Shown here: positions 1-8,365 of the stretch, one piece after another
How the letters are laid out: every line of letters starts with the position of its first letter
Position numbering within the stretch: position 1 is the stretch's first letter
From: Bacteroidales bacterium
Lineage (GTDB): Bacteria; Bacteroidota; Bacteroidia; Bacteroidales; UBA12077
Reading direction: 5' to 3'
Length of the DNA stretch: 43,817 nt
Assembly: GCA_028282585.1 (NCBI GenBank)
Contig: JANQHR010000081.1
Coordinates: 1 to 43,817 of the forward strand
Translations under genes and position numbers: made by a program
The notes under the pieces: model-generated
What the model saw: the letters and a program-made list of their open reading frames with translations, nothing else
Database searches by the model: none
Told to the model about the DNA's origin: nothing

Positions 1-10
1 GTATTTTTTA

Positions 11-125
11 CTTTGAGTAACTTTGTGTCTTCTTTGTGATTCTCTGTGCAACAGCCTTTTATAATTATACCACAAAGTTTCACGAAGCAGGCACAAAGAA
101 CACTAAGACTTTTTGGACATCCCCT
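11..125. repeat. Composite inverted repeat (CTTTGTG x4 / CACAAAG x4) ending in an IS-like terminal repeat; probable right end of a MITE-like element
   Basis: Units ctttgag/ctttgtg/ctttgtg/ctctgtg at 11, 21, 32, 42 are mirrored by cacaaag/cacgaag/cacaaag/cactaag at 71, 81, 92, 101. They are followed by gactttttggacatcccct (107-125), which shares GACTTTTTGG with 3650-3659. Confidence 0.65.
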
Positions 126-127
126 CA

Positions 128-191
128 GCGGAGCTAAAAGCCTTAAATTTGCAATAGTCTCGGCTATTATTTTTATACATTGTTGACATTA
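128..191 (-). repeat. Truncated attC-like site downstream of the cassette ORF
   Basis: Minus strand reads TAA-tgtcaac-aat-gtataaaa: an R''-like box overlapping the stop codon, followed by an L-like GTATA box. Confidence 0.55.
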
Positions 192-806
192 GTTTTTTAT
201 AAATATTTCTCCTTTAAGATTCGTATATGCAAATAAACCCTCTTCAGGTGCCCATAATATTTCATTAATATAAGTTGAGTCTTTCATCCGTTCCGGATAA
301 GAGTGAGGAAACCTATAAAAAGATTTTAGGCCGTATTTTCCAATAAAGGTGTCTTTTTCAATTTTGAAATCCTGATAATCACCGTACATAAAAAGGAAAT
401 TTTTAAAACTTAATATCATATCTACTTCTCTGGGATTTGGAGTAATGTTCATACTCATAAACAATTGATAGTCCTTAATTGCCGCAGTTGAATCTGTTTC
501 CCAGTGGGAATATGGATATTTATGCGTAGGATGATTCAGAATGTGAATACTTTTAGAGTTGGAAGGTTGAACACGAAGAAATCCACATTTTATATTAAAC
601 TCTTTTATTGTTGGTGAGATTTCCTGGACGACTAGGGTGTCAGCATTTCCTTGGTTGCTCAAATAAACAATTGTATCTCCAACAGTGAAGGATGAGAAAT
701 TTTTTAGCTCATTGTCAGTAAATAGTAGTTCCTTTTTATCAATTCCACAATCACAGGAAACAAGCAGAATAGAAAAAAGGATAATATTTGCGATTAGGTT
801 TTTCAT
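189..806 (-). CDS. Hypothetical lipoprotein, probable gene cassette
   Basis: MKNLIANIILFSILLVSC is a lipoprotein signal with a lipobox Cys. ATG at 806 is preferred over TTG at 818, which lies inside the R'-like box. Confidence 0.75.
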   Translation of the reverse strand: MKNLIANIILFSILLVSCDCGIDKKELLFTDNELKNFSSFTVGDTIVYLSNQGNADTLVVQEISPTIKEFNIKCGFLRVQPSNSKSIHILNHPTHKYPYSHWETDSTAAIKDYQLFMSMNITPNPREVDMILSFKNFLFMYGDYQDFKIEKDTFIGKYGLKSFYRFPHSYPERMKDSTYINEILWAPEEGLFAYTNLKGEIFIKN

Positions 807-810
807 AATT

Positions 811-900
811 AATGCCAACGTTTAGCGTATGATTTCTTAAGGGATTACGAGATTCAAACCTATCAAGTTACCACTCAAATTTAACGCGGGTTACAAATCC
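811..900 (-). repeat. Truncated attC-like site upstream of the cassette ORF
   Basis: Minus strand ends atcatac-gctaaac-GTTGGCATT just before the ATG. GTTGGCATT is complementary at 8/9 positions to AATGTCAAC after the stop codon. Confidence 0.55.
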
Positions 901-994
901 GGCTCAGCGGGGTAAAACTGCAGAGATTTTTTTTATCAACTAAGTTTCAATCTTAATAATTTTCAGGTTTCATAGTCATTTTTCATATCGTTAT

Positions 995-1090
995 CGTTCG
1001 ATTATGAACAAATGTGTTCGGAATCGGTTAACCCGAAAAAACCTATAAAACTGCATTCCAGATATTAAGATCTTATGGTATGTTTTTTGA
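995..1090 (+). promoter_or_regulatory. Putative sigma54 promoter with two upstream activator-binding palindromes
   Basis: cgttcg-atta-tgaaca (995-1010) and tgttcg-gaat-cggtta (1015-1030) are 20 bp apart. TGGTAT-N5-TTGA at 1076-1090 has -24/-12 spacing. Confidence 0.5.
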
Positions 1091-1112
1091 GAAAAATGCA
1101 AAAACATTTGCC

Positions 1113-3506
1113 ATGATAAAAAACTACATCCTAATTGCTTTAAGAAAACTAAAGAAAAGAAAGACCCAAACATTTATAAATGTATTTGGATTAATGCTCG
1201 GTATAACGATCTCATGTTTATTATTCATTTATACTATTCATGAAACATCTTATGATAACTTCCATGATAAATCAAAACGCACATTTCGTGTTGTTGAAAT
1301 TTCGGAAGGTAATGAAAATATCCGTTACGTCGGACAAACCGCTCCCGCTTTAGGACCAACTTTAAAACGGGAGTTACCGGAAGTAGAAGAATATGTTAGA
1401 ATATTACAGTTTTTTGGGCATGTTAATGTTGAAATTAACAATGAAAGATTTCATGAACGGGATTGGTTTATGGCCGACAGCAACTTCTTCGATGTATTTA
1501 ATTTTAAATTGATCAGGGGAAATTACAAAAGTGCTCTTAAAGATCCCAATTCGGTTATTTTAACCGAGAGCATTGCAAAAAAGTACTTCGGAACCATAGA
1601 TGTAATAGGCAAATCGTTAAGTTTTGTCCAATTTTCTGAGGTGAAAGTTACCGGCGTACTTGAAGACAATCCGGATAATTCGCATTTAAAATTTGATCTT
1701 TTATTCTCATCCAACACTGCCATTGAAGGGTTGGATGAAATGCTCGAACAATGGGATCTTTATGGTGCATATACATATCTCTTATTAAACAATCCTTCCC
1801 AAAAATCCATTACGGAAAAAAAAGGCAATCAAATTGTAAATGATTTTTGGCAAGACTATGAATACCGATCTGGTTTTTATTTGCAGGCGATCCAGGATAT
1901 TTATCTTGAATCGGAGAATGTTGAATTTGGTATAGAAGCCGCGAAAGGAAACAAATTCTATATTAATTTGTTTCTAATCATTGCATTTATAGTATTAATT
2001 ACGGCCTGCATAAATTATACAAACCTTGCCACAGCTCAATCTCTGGATAATTCGCACGAAATTGGTGTAAGAAAAACCAGCGGAGCAGAAAAAAAACAAT
2101 TGATATTTCAGTTCTTAACAGAATCAGTTATAACGGCACTTTTAGCGTTTATCCTATCTGTCGCTCTTATCGACCTGCTAATTCCTCATTTTAATAATTT
2201 AACAGGTAAAGATTTTGATATGAATTATGAAACATTTGGTTATTATTTCATTTTTACTTTTATAGTAACCATAATAGTTGGAATGGTTTCAGGAAGTTAT
2301 CCCGCATTTTATCTTTCTCGTCTTAAACCAATAATGCATTTTAGAAAAGAGTCAAAAGGAAAAAATCGTTTAGTACTGAGAAAAGTACTGGTAATATCAC
2401 AATTCACTCTATCTGCGATATTGATTATTATCGCAGCTGCTGCATTTTACCAACTACATTTTATTCAAAACTTTGATAAAGGATTCAATGAAGATAAAAT
2501 ATTAGTCATCGATATTAACAGCGGAAATACCAGATCACGCTTCCAAACTGTAAAAAAAGAGTTTAATAACATTTCTGGCGTTGAAGCAGTAGCAGCTTCA
2601 TCACGTGTACCCGGTGAATGGAAAAATATAACAATGATCCATATGAGACCGGAAAAACAATTAAGTACGGATTCAACATTCAGCTATTTCATGTGTTTTG
2701 ATGAAGATATGCTCGATCTTTATGATTTAAAATTAGCAGAAGGAGAATATTATAAAGGACACTTAGCAACAGATTCAATTAAGATTCTTTTAAACGAAAC
2801 CGCTGTTAAAACACTGGGACTAACTAATCCCATAGGTTCCAGAATAAACATAAGTGGAATTAATTATCCATTCGAAGTTATTGGCGTTGTTAAGGATTTC
2901 AATTTTCAATCATTGCACGAGAGAATTGCACCACTCCTTGTTGGGTATTGGAGCAACCCTGTAAGACCAATTGATTATTTTTCTTTGAAGTTAAACAGTA
3001 ATAATTACGATTATATAATTTCCGAAGCGTCTAAGGTTCATGAAAAATTTGATGAAAATACTTCAATGGAATATCATTTTTTAGATCAACAGCTTGATCA
3101 ATTTTATATAGAAGATAAAAGAGCTGGAGATTTATTTATGATAGGTTCCATTTTAGCAATTTTCATAGCTTGTATGGGACTGTTTGGCATGGCTATTAAT
3201 ACAACCGAAGTAAAAAAAGCAGAAATAGGTATAAGAAAAGCCTTTGGATCTTCCAACAGAGAAGTGATCTTTCTTTTATTAACAGATTTTATAAAACTTG
3301 TATTTATTTCAATCGTTTTGGCTATACCGATATCCCTAATATTTTTAAATGAATGGTTACAAAACTTCGCTTATAATACAGGTATTAATTGGTGGTTATT
3401 TATAGGTGTTTTTATTATTTTATTAATAATCGCCATACTTACAGTAGGTGGCCTTGTTTTGAAAACTGCGAGAATTAATCCTGCGGAAATTCTAAGAGAT
3501 CAATAG
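1113..3506 (+). CDS. MacB/FtsX-family ABC transporter permease (duplicated MacB_PCD + FtsX domains)
   Basis: Typical MIKNYILIALRKL N-terminus; ACINYTNLATA..EIGVRK and IACMGLFG..EIGIRKAFG motifs; C-terminal NPAEILR. Start placed at ATG 1113 rather than 1080. Confidence 0.92.
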   Translation: MIKNYILIALRKLKKRKTQTFINVFGLMLGITISCLLFIYTIHETSYDNFHDKSKRTFRVVEISEGNENIRYVGQTAPALGPTLKRELPEVEEYVRILQFFGHVNVEINNERFHERDWFMADSNFFDVFNFKLIRGNYKSALKDPNSVILTESIAKKYFGTIDVIGKSLSFVQFSEVKVTGVLEDNPDNSHLKFDLLFSSNTAIEGLDEMLEQWDLYGAYTYLLLNNPSQKSITEKKGNQIVNDFWQDYEYRSGFYLQAIQDIYLESENVEFGIEAAKGNKFYINLFLIIAFIVLITACINYTNLATAQSLDNSHEIGVRKTSGAEKKQLIFQFLTESVITALLAFILSVALIDLLIPHFNNLTGKDFDMNYETFGYYFIFTFIVTIIVGMVSGSYPAFYLSRLKPIMHFRKESKGKNRLVLRKVLVISQFTLSAILIIIAAAAFYQLHFIQNFDKGFNEDKILVIDINSGNTRSRFQTVKKEFNNISGVEAVAASSRVPGEWKNITMIHMRPEKQLSTDSTFSYFMCFDEDMLDLYDLKLAEGEYYKGHLATDSIKILLNETAVKTLGLTNPIGSRINISGINYPFEVIGVVKDFNFQSLHERIAPLLVGYWSNPVRPIDYFSLKLNSNNYDYIISEASKVHEKFDENTSMEYHFLDQQLDQFYIEDKRAGDLFMIGSILAIFIACMGLFGMAINTTEVKKAEIGIRKAFGSSNREVIFLLLTDFIKLVFISIVLAIPISLIFLNEWLQNFAYNTGINWWLFIGVFIILLIIAILTVGGLVLKTARINPAEILRDQ

Positions 3507-3529
3507 ATCTTTAACAGCTTTAGCAAAAT

Positions 3530-3666
3530 AAGGTGTACAAAAAGGCTCGAAGACATCATTGTGAACCTGCCTTGCCGGTTTAGCCGCCGAAGGAGAACAG
3601 GCAGGCTTCGTAGTCCATGATAGCTATCCTTGCAATGACGTTAGATTTTGACTTTTTGGGCACCTT
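3530..3666. mobile_element. MITE-like element with terminal inverted repeats and nested internal palindromes
   Basis: aaggtgtacaaaaag (3530-3544) and ctttttgggcacctt (3652-3666) are complementary at 13/15 positions. Inner arms are tcattg/caatga and cctgcct/aggcagg. GC-rich relative to the flanks. Confidence 0.6.
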
Positions 3667-3813
3667 CTTTTATTTATCTACTATCTCAAATACAATTTAA
3701 GTTTTCTTATTTACGTCAGAACTTAGTATTAAACGTTTTTTTAAAACTGTTCTTAAAGTTATTTAGCTGCTTTACAACAAAAACATTTTAATCAGCTTTA
3801 CTCAAAATTCTTT

Positions 3814-3821
3814 TATCTTTG
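3814..3821 (+). promoter_or_regulatory. Bacteroidota -7 promoter element upstream of era
   Basis: TATCTTTG matches TAnnTTTG, about 24 nt before the ATG. Confidence 0.55.
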
Positions 3822-3844
3822 CAATAAATTAAATAGTACTCCTA

Positions 3845-4726
3845 ATGCCTCACAAATCAGGTTTTGTAAATATTATCGGAAATCCTAATGTTGGTAAATC
3901 GACTTTAATGAATGCAATGGTAGGTGAAAAGTTATCTATTATTACTTCAAAATCTCAGACAACACGTCATAGAATTATGGGAATTGTTAATCATGATGAT
4001 TATCAAATAGTTTATTCTGACACTCCCGGTATACTGAAACCAAATTACAAACTTCAGGAAAAAATGATGGGATTTGTTGGAACGGCTTTCGACGATGCCG
4101 ATATAGTTCTTTACATAACCGATGTAGTTGAAACCTTGGATAAAAATCAGAATTATATTGATAAGCTTTATAAACTTGATATTCCTGTTTTACTTTTAAT
4201 TAACAAAATAGATTTAAGCGACCAGGAAAAATTGGAAAGTCTGGTTGATATCTGGAAAAAGATGCTACCAAAGGCTGAAATCATGCCTATTTCTGCAATT
4301 AAAAGTTTTAACCTTGATTATGTATTTAAGAGAATTATAGAATTATTGCCAGAAGGTCCGCCCTATTTCCCAAAAGACTCTTTAACAGATAAAACCGAAC
4401 GCTTTTTTGTTTCGGAAATCATCAGAGAAAAAATTCTTTTAAACTATCAGAAAGAAATACCTTATTCGGTTGAAATTGAGATTGAGGAGTTTAAGGATAC
4501 AGAAAAACTGCTAAGAATTATGGCTAACATACATGTTGTAAGACCTTCGCAGAAAGGAATAATCATAGGACACAAAGGGCAAGCACTAAAAAAAGTGGGA
4601 TCTGAAGCCCGAAAAGATATTGAGGATTTTTTTGGAAAAAAGGTATACCTTGAAATCCATGTAAAAGTGAGCAAAGATTGGAGAGATAAAGATCGTCAGT
4701 TAAGAAATTTTGGATATAACAGTTAG
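3845..4726 (+). CDS. era: GTPase Era
   Basis: GNPNVGKS, QTTRHRI, DTPG and NKID motifs; KH domain with SQKGIIIGHKG. Confidence 0.98.
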   Translation: MPHKSGFVNIIGNPNVGKSTLMNAMVGEKLSIITSKSQTTRHRIMGIVNHDDYQIVYSDTPGILKPNYKLQEKMMGFVGTAFDDADIVLYITDVVETLDKNQNYIDKLYKLDIPVLLLINKIDLSDQEKLESLVDIWKKMLPKAEIMPISAIKSFNLDYVFKRIIELLPEGPPYFPKDSLTDKTERFFVSEIIREKILLNYQKEIPYSVEIEIEEFKDTEKLLRIMANIHVVRPSQKGIIIGHKGQALKKVGSEARKDIEDFFGKKVYLEIHVKVSKDWRDKDRQLRNFGYNS

Positions 4727-4731
4727 ATGAA

Positions 4732-4843
4732 AAATCAATATACAAATATCAAAATTCAATTAATTAAATTATAACGTGCCTTTTTTGATTTTGTAATTTA
4801 GCTATTAGTTAAAATTTATAATTTTAGATTTGGAGTTTTAAGA
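4732..4843. repeat. Degenerate 7-nt periodic repeats in opposite orientations
   Basis: aaatcaa|tatacaa|atatcaa|aattcaa (4732-4759), then T-rich counterparts such as ttgattt|tgtaatt and ttataat|tttagat|ttggagt. Confidence 0.45.
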
Positions 4844-4848
4844 ATATT

Positions 4849-5190
4849 ATGGAAGAATTAGAAGTACAAACCTATAAGTTTGCAGTAGAAGGAATTGGTT
4901 TTGTAAAGAGCCTGGAAAAAGAATACCCTGAAATAGTCCCTTCGGAACTTAAATATTCTATGGGAAACGTATCCATGAAATTCATTGATGCTTTAAACTC
5001 TAAAGAAAATGAGAACTTTGCAGAAAACCTGAGAGGTTGCTACGAAAATGCAAAGAAATCTTCGGAATTATTAGTAAAGTTAGAAGGAATCACAAACAAT
5101 TCATTGTTAAAACAAAACGAAAAGCTTATTAATGATATAAGATCGATCATTAATAAACTTGACAATATTAAAAGTAAGCTAATCTATTAA
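4849..5190 (+). CDS. Divergent four-helix-bundle protein (TIGR02436/IVP-like)
   Basis: 113 aa and apparently all-helical. [34 protein letters not shown]...LR....A follows the family pattern, but the core motif is degenerate. Confidence 0.6.
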   Translation: MEELEVQTYKFAVEGIGFVKSLEKEYPEIVPSELKYSMGNVSMKFIDALNSKENENFAENLRGCYENAKKSSELLVKLEGITNNSLLKQNEKLINDIRSIINKLDNIKSKLIY

Positions 5191-5200
5191 ACCCAGAATT

Positions 5201-6499
5201 ATGATTGTAGCAATAGTTGGAAGACCAAATGTAGGTAAATCAACATTATTTAATCGTTTAACGGAATCGAAACAAGCCATTGTAGATGAAACCAGTGGTG
5301 TTACAAGAGACCGCTTATACGGAAAAGCAGAATGGACAGGTAAAGAGTTTTCGGTAATTGATACAGGCGGCTACATTCGTAACTCCGATGATATTTTTGA
5401 AGAAGAGATCAGAAAGCAGGTTGACATTGCAATGGATGAAGCCGGTTTGATTCTGTTTGTTGTGGACGTTATAAACGGAATAACGGATTTAGATGAAGCT
5501 GTTGCTGAGATTCTTCGCAAATCGAATAAAAAAGTTTTGCTTGTTGCAAATAAGGTTGATAATAACGCGCGAATATTAGATTCCAACGTATTTTACAAAT
5601 TTGGTTTAGGAGATCCTATTTGTATTTCCTCAATAAATGGAAGTGGAACCGGCGAACTTCTGGATAAAATTGTAGAATTAATTGGTGATGAAAAGCCAGA
5701 AGAAGAGTTAGACATCCCGAAATATACAGTTGTTGGTCGCCCAAATGTTGGAAAATCTTCTTTGATTAACGCTTTAATTGGTGAAGAAAGAAATATTGTT
5801 ACACCAATTTCAGGAACTACCAGGGACTCCATTTACACAAGGTATACTAAATTCGATCATGATTTTTATTTGGTAGACACAGCCGGAATTAGAAAGAAAG
5901 GAAAGGTTACTGAAAACCTTGAATTTTATTCTGTACTTCGTTCAATAAGGTCTTTGGAAAAAGCCGATGTTTGTTTGCTTTTAATCGATGCAACACAGGG
6001 AATGGAATCGCAGGACCTGAATATCATTAAGCTGATTCAGAAAAACAAGAAAGGACTGGTAATTCTTGTTAACAAATGGGACTTAATTGAAAAAGAAACA
6101 AATACTTCCAAAGAATATACGGAAGCTATTATGGAAAAAATTAAGCCTTTTGTTGATGTTCCAATAATTTTTACATCTGTAATTAATAAGCAACGAATCC
6201 ATAAAGTTTTAGAAGAAGCTAAGATGGTTTACGAAAACAGAAAAAGAAAAATCACTACAGCAAAGCTAAACGACGTAATGCTTGAAGCAATAGAAACCTA
6301 TTCGCCTCCTTCGGTAAAAGGGAAATTTGTTAAAATTAAATATGTTACTCAATTAAATACCTTTTATCCTTCATTTGCTTTTTTCTGTAATTTGCCTCAG
6401 TACATTAGGGAACCTTACAAGCGTTACTTGGAAAATAAACTACGCGAAAATTTTGATTTTACCGGGTGTCCGATCCAGATATATATGCGCAAAAAATAA
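5201..6499 (+). CDS. der: Ribosome biogenesis GTPase Der (EngA)
   Basis: Two GRPNVGKS G-domains with DTGG and DTAG, plus a C-terminal KH-like domain. Confidence 0.98.
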   Translation: MIVAIVGRPNVGKSTLFNRLTESKQAIVDETSGVTRDRLYGKAEWTGKEFSVIDTGGYIRNSDDIFEEEIRKQVDIAMDEAGLILFVVDVINGITDLDEAVAEILRKSNKKVLLVANKVDNNARILDSNVFYKFGLGDPICISSINGSGTGELLDKIVELIGDEKPEEELDIPKYTVVGRPNVGKSSLINALIGEERNIVTPISGTTRDSIYTRYTKFDHDFYLVDTAGIRKKGKVTENLEFYSVLRSIRSLEKADVCLLLIDATQGMESQDLNIIKLIQKNKKGLVILVNKWDLIEKETNTSKEYTEAIMEKIKPFVDVPIIFTSVINKQRIHKVLEEAKMVYENRKRKITTAKLNDVMLEAIETYSPPSVKGKFVKIKYVTQLNTFYPSFAFFCNLPQYIREPYKRYLENKLRENFDFTGCPIQIYMRKK

Positions 6500-6502
6500 T
6501 AT

Positions 6503-6988
6503 ATGAGAAAAGCGGGAACTTTCATACTGTGTTTCTTGTTAGCAATATCTTGCGAAAAAACTGAAGATTACTCTGAGGTTCCTGCTATTGAATTTATAAG
6601 CTTTAAGGTAATTCCGGGCGATGGAGAATCAACAATAGCAGAAGGGATTCTTACTTTTTCTTTTGTTGATGGAGATGGAAATATAGGTTTTTCTGAAAAT
6701 TTCTCAGACACAATAGTCAGTAATAATCAGATAGATTTTATTTATACTGAATTTTACAAGCAGGACGGCCAATTCATTGAAAAAACCGGAAATACCTATT
6801 ATTTACCATATTTTGAACAAGGGATCTATAGAAAAAGCTTAAAAGGCACAATTGATATTTATTTTTCAAGAACAATTCTTTCTCCCGATACAGTTTATTA
6901 TCAATTCCAGGTAATGGACAGAGACTTTAATTTAAGCAACATAGAAACAACACCTGAAATAATTTATTCTGAATTATTAGAACAATAA
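6503..6988 (+). CDS. Hypothetical lipoprotein
   Basis: LLAISC lipobox; FSFVDGDGNIG motif; starts 3 nt after der. Confidence 0.8.
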   Translation: MRKAGTFILCFLLAISCEKTEDYSEVPAIEFISFKVIPGDGESTIAEGILTFSFVDGDGNIGFSENFSDTIVSNNQIDFIYTEFYKQDGQFIEKTGNTYYLPYFEQGIYRKSLKGTIDIYFSRTILSPDTVYYQFQVMDRDFNLSNIETTPEIIYSELLEQ

Positions 6989-7035
6989 TATTTAAATACT
7001 GTTATTAATGTGTTTTTATATTTTAAAATTCTGTT

Positions 7036-7785
7036 ATGATCATAACTAAAGAAGTAAAAATGGCCGATTTAATTCATATGAATTATTTTGCCCTTTCTGT
7101 TTTAAATCGTTTTGGAATTGAATTGGGATTTGGAGATAAATCGGTTGAAGAAGTATGTAAACAAAATAATGTTGATTTGGGTTTCTTTCTGGATATAGTA
7201 AATACTTTTGTTGATCAGGATTATTTCCCAAAAAAGCATTTACAAACATTTCCTGTGAAACTTATTACTGATTATTTACAAATAACCCATAATGACTATA
7301 ACGACAGTAATGTACCTGAAATTGAGGAATTAATTGAAAAAATGGTGGATTCGAACCAAACACAAAAGGATAATATTGTATTACTTAAAAAGTTCTTTAA
7401 TGAATATAAAGAAGAGTTACAGAACCACATTAACCGAGAAGAAGAAGTTGTTTTTCCATACGCTCATGCCATTGAGGATGCATTTAACTCAAATAAAATT
7501 GATAAATCTGTTATTGAATTAATGCAGAATTACTCAATTGAGGTATTTCAGAATGAACATGATAATATTGAAGAAAAGCTTTTTGATCTAAAAAACATCA
7601 TTATTAAATACCTGCCTCAACCTAAAGATGTAAAATTATGTAAAAAACTCCTGCACGAACTTTTTAGCCTGGAACAAGACCTAAACGATCATGCTAGAAT
7701 TGAAGAAAAGGTCCTGGTTCCAAAAATAAGAGAAATGGAAGAAATCATTCATAAAAGGTTTTCTGAAGAAACAAAAAATGCCTAA
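7036..7785 (+). CDS. Hemerythrin-domain protein (Ric/ScdA-like architecture)
   Basis: ScdA_N-like start (NRFGIELGFGDKSVEEVC); metal-ligand motifs THND, HINREEEVVFP, EHD and HARIEEKVLVP. Confidence 0.85.
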   Translation: MIITKEVKMADLIHMNYFALSVLNRFGIELGFGDKSVEEVCKQNNVDLGFFLDIVNTFVDQDYFPKKHLQTFPVKLITDYLQITHNDYNDSNVPEIEELIEKMVDSNQTQKDNIVLLKKFFNEYKEELQNHINREEEVVFPYAHAIEDAFNSNKIDKSVIELMQNYSIEVFQNEHDNIEEKLFDLKNIIIKYLPQPKDVKLCKKLLHELFSLEQDLNDHARIEEKVLVPKIREMEEIIHKRFSEETKNA

Positions 7786-8365
7786 ATCTAACTTTATACT
7801 CATTGAACAATCATATATTATTCGAAAAGGACTTATATCTTTAATCGAAAAAATACCTAACACACAAGTTATCTCGCAAATAGATAATATTAAAGATATC
7901 GATAATATTCAAAACTATGATCCTGATTTCATTATAATTAACTCTAATCTCATAGATAAAGATGTATCGGATTATTTATCTAAGAATTTAGAAAATGTAC
8001 AAGTTATATCCCTATCAAAAGATCACAACACCTCTTTTTCTGAAATAAACTGGATCGAAAATATACTTCTTAATGAAACTCAAAACTCGATCCTAAAAAA
8101 GATAAATAAATTAATAGGTAATCGTATTTCTAATATGCCGCAACGCTATACACCTGATGAAATTAGTGAACGCGAAGCAGACATATTAAGAAACATTGCA
8201 TTGGGTTATTCCAATAAAGAAATCGCGGATAAGCTTTTTATCAGCACACATACGGTGGTTACGCATAGAAAAAACATAACCCGGAAACTAGGTATAAAAA
8301 CCGTCCCGGGCTTGACTATTTATGCAATTTTAAATAAACTTATCGACTTAGGCGATACCAAATAA
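7778..8365 (+). CDS. LuxR-family regulator with degenerate receiver domain
   Basis: C-terminal ISEREADIL..GYSNKEIADKLFISTHTVVTHRKNITRKLG HTH; overlaps the hemerythrin gene by 8 nt. Confidence 0.9.
   Translation: MPKSNFILIEQSYIIRKGLISLIEKIPNTQVISQIDNIKDIDNIQNYDPDFIIINSNLIDKDVSDYLSKNLENVQVISLSKDHNTSFSEINWIENILLNETQNSILKKINKLIGNRISNMPQRYTPDEISEREADILRNIALGYSNKEIADKLFISTHTVVTHRKNITRKLGIKTVPGLTIYAILNKLIDLGDTK

Noticed and set aside
4849-5190. Avd of a diversity-generating retroelement
   Set aside because: No reverse transcriptase or TR/VR repeat pair is seen in the window.
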